DNA of 64,000 nucleotides, taken from Scenedesmus sp. PABB004 (Eukaryota). The DNA is taken from assembly GCA_014905635.1 (NCBI GenBank), contig JABVCE010000008.1:1054001-1118000 (forward strand), read 5' to 3'. Shown here piece after piece: positions 1-9,901 of the stretch (position 1 is the stretch's first letter; each line of letters begins with the position of its first letter). Under the pieces are notes generated by a model that did no database searches, was not told the DNA's origin, and saw only the letters and a program-made list of their open reading frames with translations. The position numbers and the translations under genes are program-made.

Positions 1-158
1 CTGTGAGGCGCGTGTGTGGTGCGTGCGTCGCGGCCGCTCGGATCGCGCACTCCGCCGCGTTCCGGAAGATTCATGCCGCCGCCCCGCGCCGCCCCGCGCC
101 GCGCCGCGCCGCCCCGCCGTCCGGCGCCACGGCCTCGGTTGAGGGCGCGCTGGGCGCC

Positions 159-504
159 ATGGAGCCGGAGCCGGAGCCGCCGCCGCCGCCGATCGGCGGC
201 GGGCAGCAGGAGGCGCAGCAGCGCGCCGGCGCGCCGGCTCAGGCCGATCCCGCGCACCCCGTGGCGCCCGCCGGCCTTTTCGCGCTGCCGGTGCTGAACT
301 GGGGCGCGCCGCAGCCCGCGCCGCAGCCGGCGGGCGCGGCTGCGCTGGCGCCCAGCGCAGCCGCGCCCGCCGGCGGCTGGCGCCGGCTGGCGCCGCGCGT
401 ATCGCGGGCCGGCAGAGGACGACTGGCTGCAGCCGCCGGAGCAGCAGCAGCAGCAGCAGCAACAGCAACAGCACCAGCACCAGCACCAGCACCAGCAGCA
501 GCAC

Positions 505-535
<31 letters not shown>

Positions 536-852
536 GCGGCGCGGCGCCGCGGCAGCCGCCCGCCGCCGGCGGCTTCGCATACCAGGAGGTGGTGCGCGGG
601 CCGGCGCGCCAGGACCTGCCGGGGCACGACTGTGCTCAGTGCCGCGACTTCTACGGCGCCCTCTCCACCTGGGGCGCGCCGGCGCCGGGCACCATGATGC
701 TGCTCCCGTGCACGCACGCGCTGGCCCCGGCCGCGCTGCAGGCCGCGTCGCGGCACCGCGCCAAGCACGCGCCTCCCGAGACCCCGCCGGGGTTTTGGGA
801 CATCGGGTTCACGCCCGATGAGCAGGCGGCGGTGTTTACGCTTGGCGACCCT

Positions 853-885
<33 letters not shown>

Positions 886-1292
886 GGCGTGCCCGCCCCG
901 TGCGGCGGGCGCAGCCGCAGCCCGCCGCAGCCGCAGCAGCAGCGGCCGCCCATGGACGCGTCGCCGCCGTGGCGCACCGTGGCGCGCGCGCGCCGCCCCC
1001 CCGGCGGCGGCGGCGGCGGCGGCGGCGGCGCGCTGCCCGCCGCGCGCGGGCCGCGCCCTGGCCGCGCAGCCGCGCCCGGCGGTGGCGGCAGGGGCAGCCC
1101 CGGGCCCAGCAGCAGCAGCAGCGGCAGCGGGAGCAGCAGCAGCAGCGGGAGCGGCAGCGGGAGCGGCAGCGGGAGCGGCTGGCGCGGCGGCAGCCCGGCG
1201 CCGCGGCCGGACGACGCGCCGGTGCAGGCGCCGGCGCCGCCGCCGCCCGTGGCGCCGCAGCAGCGGCAGCCGCAGCCGGTCGCGCCGCCGCC

Positions 1293-1337
<45 letters not shown>

Positions 1338-2664
1338 CGTGGCGCCGCAGCAGCGGCAGCCGCCGGCGGCCGCGCCAGCGCCGCCGCCGGCGCCGCCGAA
1401 GCTCATGGCGCCGGCGGGCACGTGCACCGGCGCGCAGCTCGCGCTGCTGAAGCGCGAGCTGGAGGACAAGGGGTTGGCGCTCGTGCACGGCCGCGCCAAC
1501 GGCCTGTGCGGGTTCTCCCTCATCGCGATTGCCGTGCTGCGCATGCTGGACGCGGCGGAGCTGCAGGAGCCGACCCACGACCTGCGCAGCTTCGACCCCG
1601 ACACGCTGGACATGCTGGACGAGCAGGCGGGCGAGCTGCGGTCGCGGACGGTGGAGCTCATCCGCGAGCTGGGCTTGAGCGACCAGCTGCACCCGAGCGG
1701 CGTGCCCTGGCGCGATGCGCTCGGCGTGGCCGGCGCGGACGCCGTGGAGCTGGCGCGAGACCTGGAGGCCGGGGGCTACCCCAGCGAGGCTGAGCTGCGG
1801 GCTCTGTGCATGAGCCTGGCAGACTCGGTCTTCCTGGCCGACGTCTACAGCCTTGACACGGTCCTCATCGCCCTGCAGGAGCAGGGCGACGCGTTCCAGG
1901 CGAGCGAGGGCAACCGGCTCGTGGCGCTCGCGCTGCCGGCCGCCGCGGCGCCGGAGTTTGCGCCCGTGCTCGGGGCGGAGAAACTGCAGCTCGACCACTG
2001 GGCGGCGGTGGTGCCGGCGCGCAGGCCGCCGCCGCGCAGCCCGCCGGCGCTGCTGCGGCAGGCGCGCGAGCCACCGCGCGGCGCGCCGGCGCTGCCGCGG
2101 CTGCAGGAGGCGGCGCCGCGCGCCGCGGAGCTCGCCGCGGACAGCAGCGACGAGGAGGGCGGCCCGGCGGCGGGCCAGCCGCTGCAGCCGCTGCAGCCGC
2201 TGCAGCCGCTGCAGCCGCAGCAGCTCGGGCGCAAGGAGCGCCGCGGCAAGGGCAACGGCGCCGCGGCGCCGCTGGGCACCAGCAACAGCGACAGCAGCAG
2301 CAGCAGCAGCCGCCGCCGCCGCCGTGCCGCGACCGCCGCCGCCATTGACGCGGCGTGGGAGAAGCCGGTGGAGCGCCGCGCGGAGCTCGACGCGTCCAAG
2401 GCGCGCGCAGAGGCGGCCGGGCCGTCCGACGAGGACGTGCGGCGCTCCAAGCAGCGCGCGAGCTACGACGCCAAGCACGCGCGCCGCGGCGGCGGCGCCA
2501 GCGTCAGCGGCGGCGGCACGAGCCGCGCGCGCAGCGACAGCGCCGGCGGCAGCGCCGGCAGCAGCACCGGCGGCGGCACGAGCGGCGCGCGCAGCGGCGG
2601 CAGCCCCCGGGCCCCCCGCCCGCGCGCGGCATCGACCCCGCCGAGCGCGCGGCGCAGCCCGTGA
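159..2664 (+). CDS. CtIP/Sae2/COM1 C-terminal domain fused to an OTU-like cysteine protease domain, with low-complexity linkers; one frame change near 300-380
   Basis: 571-815 reads GFAYQEVVRGPARQDLPGHDCAQCRDFY...ASRHRAKHAPPETPPGFWDIGF, matching the CtIP/Ctp1 CxxC, RHR and TPPGFW signature. 1450-2016 reads KGLALVHGRANGLCGFSLIA...ELRSRTVELI...GYPSEAELRAL...DHWAAVV (OTU pattern; Cys 1507-1509, His 1996-1998). ATG 159 is in a different frame from the domain-bearing ORF 589-2664. Confidence 0.7.
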
Positions 2665-2842
2665 GCGGCGCCGACTGGGAGGCGCTGTGCCGCCACGCGC
2701 AGACCCGCGGCGAGGCCGCCCGCGCGGCGGCGATGGCGGCGGTGCTCTCGGCGCCCGCCGCCAGCGTCGGCTCGTCCGCCAGCAGCGCCGCAGCCAGCAG
2801 CGACGAGGAGGAGGGCGGCCCGGCGGCGAAGCGCGCGCGCGT

Positions 2843-2944
2843 GCTGGACAGGCCGCCGCCAACGCGCCGCCAGTTGCCCTGGCTAAAAAAGTCGACTTTT
2901 TTAGCCAGGGCAACTGGCGGCGCGTTGGCGGCGGCCTGTCCAGC
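2843..2944. repeat. Perfect 102 bp palindrome (51 bp arms, no loop) centred on GTCGAC
   Basis: gctggacaggccgccgccaacgcgccgccagttgccctggctaaaaaagtc|gacttttttagccagggcaactggcggcgcgttggcggcggcctgtccagc, checked base by base. Confidence 0.97.
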
Positions 2945-4780
2945 GACCTGCGCCACACGCTGGAGCAGGCCTGCGGCGTCAACGAGCTGCAGCGCGTGCC
3001 CCTGCCGGCCTGGGTCACAGGCCGCCTGCACCACCACCTGCTCAACCCTCTCGCGGAGCTGTACAACACCAACCTGCAGCTCCACCTCGCCGACGGCGAG
3101 CGCCTGGAGAAGGCGCTCGACGCCGCCGCCCTGCAGGCGTGGTTTGCCGCGGGCTGCGCCGGCACGCCCAGCCGCGCCGCGCGCGACTGCCTCATCGCCG
3201 GCGGCGCGGCGCTGCTGTACAGCGCGTCGCCGCTGCTCTGGGAGCGCCAGGGCGTGCTGCAGCCGGGCGAGGGCGTGGTGCCCGCGGCGGCGGGCGACGG
3301 CCAGGACGCCGGCCGGCTGCGGCTGGCCATGGCGATGATGCGCGACATGCTCGCGCAGATGCGCCTGCACCTGGAGCAGCCCTACCCGGCGGCGGCGGAC
3401 GGCGAGGCGCGCGCGCCCGCGGCCGGCGCGGCGCGCACGCGCCAGGCGGCAGGGGCGCAAGCGACGCCCGGCCTGCAGCGCTGGCAGTCCGACGAGGCGG
3501 CCGGCAAGCACGGCCGCGTGCTCGACTGGGCGCGGAGCGGCATGCAGCACGCGCCGGACGCGGGCGCGCAGGCAGGGGGCGCGCCGCTCGTGCCGCAGCC
3601 GCCGGAGCCGCCGGCGCACGGCGCGGGCGCGGCGGCGCGGCAGCAGCACGACGCGGCCTACGACGCCTGGCGCGCGGCGCTGGCCCGGCAGCTCGAGGGC
3701 CTGGCGTACCGGGAGGGCGACGCCGACGCCATGGCGCGCCGCGTCGCGCGCGACTTTGTCGTCATGCTCGGCCAGCAGCACATGTTTGCTGCCTGCGCGC
3801 CGCGGCTCGCGGACTCGCTGGCAGCCCAGCAGGGCGCGGCGGCGCGGCCGGCGCTGGAGGCGATGCTGCGCCGCGCCGCGTCGCTCGGGGCGGCCCCGGA
3901 GCCAGCGTCGGCCGGCGCGCTCGCGGCGGCCGTCGCGTCGCTGGCAGAGGCGCTGGACGGCAGCAGCGGGGGCAGCGACAGCGGCAGCAGCAGCAGCAGC
4001 AGCCGCAGCCGCGGCCAGCGTCCGCCGGCGCCCCCCAAGCTGCTGGACGCCAGCGCCCAGGAGCCGCGCCTGCGCGAGCTGCAGCGGGCGCGCGAGCTGG
4101 GCAAGCTCGAGGCGGCGGTGCAGCGCCTGCGCGCCGCCGTGGATGCCAGCGAGGCGGCCGTGCGTCTGCGCAAGGAACCCCTCAAGGGCCTGCAGCGGGT
4201 GGTCGCCAGCCGCGCTGCGGTCCAGGGAGGTATGGCGGGCCCGCCCGACCACGCGCGCAACCGGCTGCGCCGCCTGCAGCGCAAGGACGCGCACGCGGCG
4301 GCGCTCCGGCGCCGGCTGGCCGTAGAGGAGGCGCGGCTGCTCCGCGCCCAGGGGCAAGGCGCCGCGCCGGGCACGGCGCCGGGCCAGGGCCCGGGCGCGG
4401 CGCTGCCGGCCGCGGCCGCGGAGCGGCTGCGGCTGGCGCTGGCCGCGCTGACCGCCGCCGGCGACGCGACGGTGGGGGCCGACCTCGCAGCCGTGGAGGC
4501 GGAGTGGCAGGCTGCCATGGCGCAGCACCACGAGCGCGACGCGGCGCTTGTGCAGCACCAGCGGCGCTTCGCGCGACCGCACGGCGCGGCGGCGGCGCCC
4601 GACGCGGACGCGGCCCGCCGCGCGGCGGACGCCGCGCGCGCCGCGCGCGACCAGGGCGCGCGGCTGCTGGGCGACTGCGGCGCCTGACTGGCGGCAGCGC
4701 GCGGCCACCTGGCGGCCGCGCGCGGCCACCTGTCCGCCGCAGCGGCCGCGCAGGGTCGCGCTGCGCCGGCGCCGCCGGCC

Positions 4781-4827
<47 letters not shown>

Positions 4828-6699
4828 GCCCGCGCTGCGCACGCCCGAGGAGGCGGCGGCGGCTGTCGCGGCGCTGCGTCGCGATGTCTCAACCGGCTGG
4901 TGCCGCGCGGTGTGCGCGACGCTCGAGGCGGTGCTGGCTGCGGCGAGCGCCGCCGGCGCGGCGCCGCTGGCGGCGGCGCCGGCGCCGCCCGGCGGCCGCA
5001 GCGGCGGCGCGCAGCCGCCGCAGCGCGCCGGTGGCGCGGGGCAGCACCCCGACGCGCTCGTCGCGGTCGCGGGCGCGTGCAAGGTGCTGCGCGCCCTGCG
5101 CTCGCGGCACGCCGCGCGCGTGGCGCTGCCCAGGCGGCGCGCCTTCACGCTGGCGCCGGTGCCCAAGTACGGCACCCAGCACCTGCACCTGTCCACCACG
5201 GGCATGCAGGCGCTGGACGCGGCGCTGCGCGCGCGCCAGGCCAGGGCGCCCGCGGGGGGCCAGCCGGCAGGCCAGCCGCCGCCGCCGCCGCCGCCGCCAC
5301 CGCCGACCCAAGAGGGCGGGGGCTACGATCCCGTTTGGGATGCATATTTTCATTGTGGCCGGCGCCCCGGGCGCGCGCGGCGTGCTGCACGCCAACACGC
5401 GCTTCGCGGGCTCGGTGACCTTTGATGGCGGCGCTGCACGTGCGCGTGCGCGTTGAGGGCGCCGCCGACCCCGCCCCGCGCCGCGGCCAGCAGTCGCGCG
5501 CCGCCAAGGCGGCGCAGCGCGCGGCAGAGCACCGCGCGGGCGTGGCGGCAGCGCGGCGGCTGCTCTGCGACGCACTGGCGCCGCACGGCGTGGCCGACGA
5601 GGCGGCGCTCGACGCGCTGCCGCTCGACCCGTGCGAGCTGCGCGGCGTGGAGGGCCTGCCGCCGGGGCACGCCCTGCGCGGCGCGGCCGCGGCCGTGCAC
5701 GCGGGCGTGCGCGTCGTCGGAATCGACCCGGGCCGGGCCCGCATGGTTTGTGCCGCGACTTGGCGGCAGGGCCCGGGCTGCACGCGCGTCGCGCACCGCC
5801 GCATCGCGCAGCGGCGCTGCCCCAACGCGCCGCGCCACCGCGGCGACCACGGCCGCCACTACGAGGCGGAGCGCATCATTAGAATAAAGACCGCCGCGCA
5901 CCGCGACGCGCGCGGGATCGAGCGGCACCGGCTTTGGCAGGGGGGGCGGCCGGGGCGGCCGGGGCGGTACGACCGCCGCCCGCCCGGCGGCGGCGACTGC
6001 GTGCATGCCTGCCTGAACCGCGTGCCTGCATACTCGGGCACGAGCGTCGCCGCCGCCGCCGCGTGGCGCAACGGCCGGGTGCATCATGTGCTCAACAATG
6101 CATTCGCATATAGCTTGCTTGCGTGCCGTGCAGAGTGTGCGTGGCGGCTGCGGAAGCACGGGCTGAAGCAGCGCGCGCTGCATGCGGCGATTCAGTTGAC
6201 TGCATACGGCCGGGTCTTTGTGCGCGGGCGCGTCCGGCAGCACGCGCGCCTGCCCGCCGACCTGCCCGCGGTGGTGCTGGGCATCGGGGACGCCAGCCTG
6301 GGCATGGGGGGCTGCATCTCGGGGCCGGGGCCGCCGCGGCAGGCGCTGCTGGCGCTGCTGCGCACGTACTACGCGCGCCGGCGCGTCGCCGCGGTGCTCA
6401 TGGACGAGCACCGGACCAGCATCACCTGCTCTGTGTGCGGGGCGCGCGTGGAGAAGCTGCGGGGCACCTATGGTCTGATGCAGTGCCCCGGGTGCACGGT
6501 TGTCGCGCCGCGCGACGACAACGCGGCGCGCAACATCTGCGCGCTCACGCTGCACGAGTTGCTGCGCGGCGGCCGCGGCACGGCGGGCGGCGCGCGCCTC
6601 GCCGGCGCGTTCCGGCAGGCGGCCGCCGCCGCGGTGGGCCCCCCCGGCGTGAGCGGCGTGCGCGGTGCGCTGCGCTCTCCGTCCTGGGCAGGACGTTAA
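2891..6699 (+). pseudogene. Fanzor1-type (eukaryotic TnpB-like) RNA-guided RuvC endonuclease, disrupted by one in-frame stop and two frameshifts; 5' extent uncertain
   Basis: RuvC-I VRVVGIDPG (D 5725-5727); rearranged RuvC-II VVLGIGD...VLMDEHRTS (E 6406-6408); zinc finger CSVC...CPGC; RuvC-III PRDDNAARNI (D 6514-6516). Upstream Fanzor1-like motifs FTLAPVPKYGTQHLHLSTTGM, WDAYF and FAGSVTFDG (5140-5430), plus LLNPLAELYNTNLQLHL (~3040-3090). TGA at 4685-4687; frameshifts near 5348 and 5430. Confidence 0.85.
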
Positions 6700-6900
6700 A
6701 TGGCCTCTTGCTGTTGTGTTGTGTTGCCAGGTTAGGTCAGGCGTGTGCGCGTGCGTTTCTCGCATGGTCACCCGTTCCGGGTGGGGCGGACCCCCTCGCG
6801 GGGGCACCGACCTGCGGGCCGGTCCCAAACCGTTATGCCTCGCGCCGCTGTGGACTGTTTCAGGCGGCCGGCGATCAGAGGATGCCCATGGTCAGTGTTG
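6700..6900 (+). ncRNA. Candidate Fanzor omegaRNA scaffold / element right end
   Basis: Lies directly 3' of the Fanzor stop and has three consecutive hairpins: CACCCG-ttc-CGGGTG (6769-6783), CCCCC-tcgc-GGGGG (6791-6804), ACCG...CGGT (6806-6823). The position matches where TnpB/Fanzor guide RNAs are encoded; boundaries are inferred. Confidence 0.4.
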
Positions 6901-7695
6901 GCGGCGGCGGCGCGCGCGCGCGGCGGTGGCAGCGCCGCGCACGCGCGCCGCGCGCCCGCGGCGTCGGGGCGCCCCCCGGGGCGCCCCGGCAGCCCCCATC
7001 CCCCCAGCCGCCGGTGTTGAGACCACCGGCCGGCGCTCCCACGGCGGTAGCGAGGCCGGGGAGCACGCGGCACGCGGCAGCCCGCCAAAAGCTGATGGCC
7101 GGGCGCTCTCGGAGTCCCGTGACGACACGCTGCCCGGGTGAGCCCGCACCCCCCGATCGGAGCACACCACCTCCAGGCCTGAGTAGGAGTGCGGGGGGAG
7201 GGTGGACACCCTCCCGGGCGCGCGCGCGCTGGGCTGCCGGCGCCCCCGCCGCCGCTCCCCGCGCACCCGACGCCCCGCCCAGCTCGCCCAGCGTAAAGGG
7301 CCGCCTCAGCATCCCCGCGGGCGGCGCAGCTGTCGGCGGGCGCGCGCGGGCGCGGGCGCGCGGCGACTCGAGCAGCGGCCTCGGTGTGGGCGGAGCGGCG
7401 GCGCACGAAGGAAGGACAGCGCACGCGCGGCGGGCCACCAGCGCCCGCGAAAGTGTCACAGACAAACGAAAACCGGCCGCGCCGGCCGCCCGGGCGCTCC
7501 CCGCAGGCTGCGCAGCCGCCAGCGCCACCCTGAGTCCACTCGTTCCCTCTCCGCCCCGCAGCGGCGCGTCAGCGACGCTGGTGCCAGCGAACGAAGCGCC
7601 CATCACACACCAGCGCTCACACCGCGCGCGTGTGGGCCGCTGAAGCCCCGCATGCGGCGCGGCGGACCCCACAGGCCGCCCCCACACGGCCTACC

Positions 7696-9870
7696 ATGGC
7701 CGCCAGTCCCAAGCAGCAGCGCGCGCCCCGCGGCGGCGGCGGCCGCGCGGCAGCGGCGCCGCCAGGCCGCCCGCTGCTGCTGCTGGCCGCGATGACCGGG
7801 GCCCTCGCGCTGCTGGTGAGCTGGGACCCGGCCCCAGGCGCCGAATCGCGATGCCGCCGCCGGCCGGGCCGGGCGGCAGCCGCCAGCGCCGCCGGGTGCC
7901 CGCGAGCGCCGCCGCCCGCCCGCCCGCCCCCGCCGCCGCCGCCGCGCAGGTGGGCTACGCGCTGCACACCTTCTTCCTCTGGACGCCGCCGCCGCAGCCG
8001 CTGGACGCGCCGGGCGCGCGGTTCTCGGAGGCGCGCGCGCGCGAGCACGTGCGCGTGCTCACGCAGGACATCGGCGTGCGCTCGGTCGGCACGCCCGGCC
8101 TGCAGGCGGCGCACGCCTACATCCGGGAGCGCTGCGCCGCGCTGCAGCGCGCCGCGGCGGGCAGCGGGCTCGTGGTCGAGACAGCGACGGAGCACTACAG
8201 CGGCAGCACGCCGTTTGACTTTGTCGGCGACCGCTTCATCAACGCGTGGCACAACATCACCAACATAATGCTCCACATCTCCCGCGCCGACGCGCCGCGC
8301 GACGCGCCCGCCGTCATGCTCGTCGCGCACCACGACAGCCCGGTCGGCTCGCCCGGTGCGCGCGCGCCGCGCGCCGCGCCGCGCGCCGCGCCGCGTGCTG
8401 CGCGACGTGCGCCCACGCCGCGGGCGCGCGCGCACGCGCAGGCGCGGGCGACGACGCGAGCAACGTCGGCGTCATGCTAGAGCTCGCGGCCAACCTGGTG
8501 GCCGCGCCCGCCGCCTTCCCCGCCTCGCCCGTTCTCCTCCTCTTCAGCGGCGCGGAGGAGCCGCTCTGCCAGGCACGCCCCCCCCCCCCCCCCCCCCGCG
8601 GCGCCGCGCGGCCCGCCGCGGCCTGGGACGCACCCGGCGCGCCTCTCGCCGCCTCTCAGCGCCCCGCCCCGCGCCGCCCCGCCCCGCCCCGTGCCGCGCC
8701 GCGGCGCGCAGTCGGCGGCGGCATTCATGCAGTCGAGCCCCTGGGCGGCGCGCGTGGGCGTGTTTGTCAACCTCGAGAGCATCGGCCCCGGCGGCGCGCC
8801 GATCGTCTTCCAGCACGCGGGTGCGCGTCGCCGCCGTGCAGGCGCCTGTCTCGTGCGCGTGTCTCGCGCGCCTCTCCTCCTGCGCCCGCAGCGCGCCCGC
8901 CCGCTGGCGCCTCTGGCGGCTCGGCGCGCGCGCGAGCCCGCCCGCCCGCCCACCGCCCGCCCGCCGCGCCGCCCGCCCGCCCGCCCGCCCACCGCCCGCC
9001 CGCCCCGCCCGCCCGCCCGCCCGCCCGCCCGCCCGCCCGCCCGCCCGCCCGCCCGCCCGCCCGCCCGCCCGCCCGCCCGCCCGCCCCGCAGGCGCGTGGG
9101 TGATCGAGGCCTACTCCAAGGGCGCGGCGCACCCGCGCGGCGGCAGCTCGGCGCAGGCGCGCGCGCAGCCCGCGCCGCCGCGCCGCCGCGCCGCCGCCGC
9201 GCCGCCGACGCCCACGCGCGCCGGCGCGTGCGCGCGCCGCAGGACGTGTTTGACCTGGGGCTCGTCCTCGGCGACACCGACTTCCGGCAGCTCTCCTACC
9301 TCCACCGCGGCGGCCTGCCCGGCATCGACATCGCCTACCTGCTCGCCGGCGCGGCGTACCACACCGACCGCGACACACTCGACGCCATCCGCCCCGGCGT
9401 GCTGCAGGCGCGGCGGCGGCGGCAGAGGCGGCGGCCGCGGCGGCAGAGGCGGAGGCCCTGCTGCGGCGCCACGGCGCGCGGCCGCCGCCCGGCAGCGCCC
9501 GGCGGGCGCCGACGCCCGCCGCCGCCTCTGCCGCCGCCTCTGCGGCCGCTCAGGAGATGGGCGAGACGCTGACCGGCGCGGTGGCGTCGCTCGGCGACGC
9601 GCTCGCCGCCGCCGGCGAGCACTCGCCGGCCGCGCTGGCGGCGCTGCTGGCGCCGCGGGAGCACAAGCGGTTCTTCCTGAGCGTCGCGGGCAAGGCCATG
9701 CTCACCTACTCGACCGCCACGGCGGAGGTGCTGCACGTGCTGCCGCTCGCGGCCGTGCTCGCCGCGCCCGCAGCGCTCGCGGCGCTCGCGCCCGACACGG
9801 TGCGCGCGCGCGCGGCGCGCACGCGGGCGGGCGCGACGCGCGGGCGCGCGGGCGCGCGCTGACGCGGCGC

Positions 9871-9901
<31 letters not shown>

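Larger units (their letters stand above)
159..6900 (+). mobile_element. Putative Fanzor-carrying mobile element (termini and transposase not identified)
   Basis: About 6.5 kb of coding-like sequence with no recognisable introns, unlike nearly all neighbouring host genes. It contains Fanzor, which is typically transposon- or virus-borne, and shows decay lesions. Confidence 0.45.

Noticed and set aside
4685..4687. In-frame TGA as selenocysteine or programmed readthrough
   Set aside because: It lies in a low-complexity helical region, I recognised no SECIS, and it is accompanied by two frameshifts; a nonsense mutation is simpler.
5422..6699. Bacterial contaminant TnpB/Cas12 with a CRISPR array
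   Set aside because: It is contiguous with intron-rich eukaryotic genes and has host-like GC and poly-Gln tracts; no repeat-spacer array, cas genes or Y1/serine transposase were seen.
1..7700. Terminal inverted repeats, target-site duplication, or a Rep/helicase or DDE transposase for the Fanzor element
   Set aside because: None could be identified by eye, and the left end may lie outside the window, so the element class is left unassigned.
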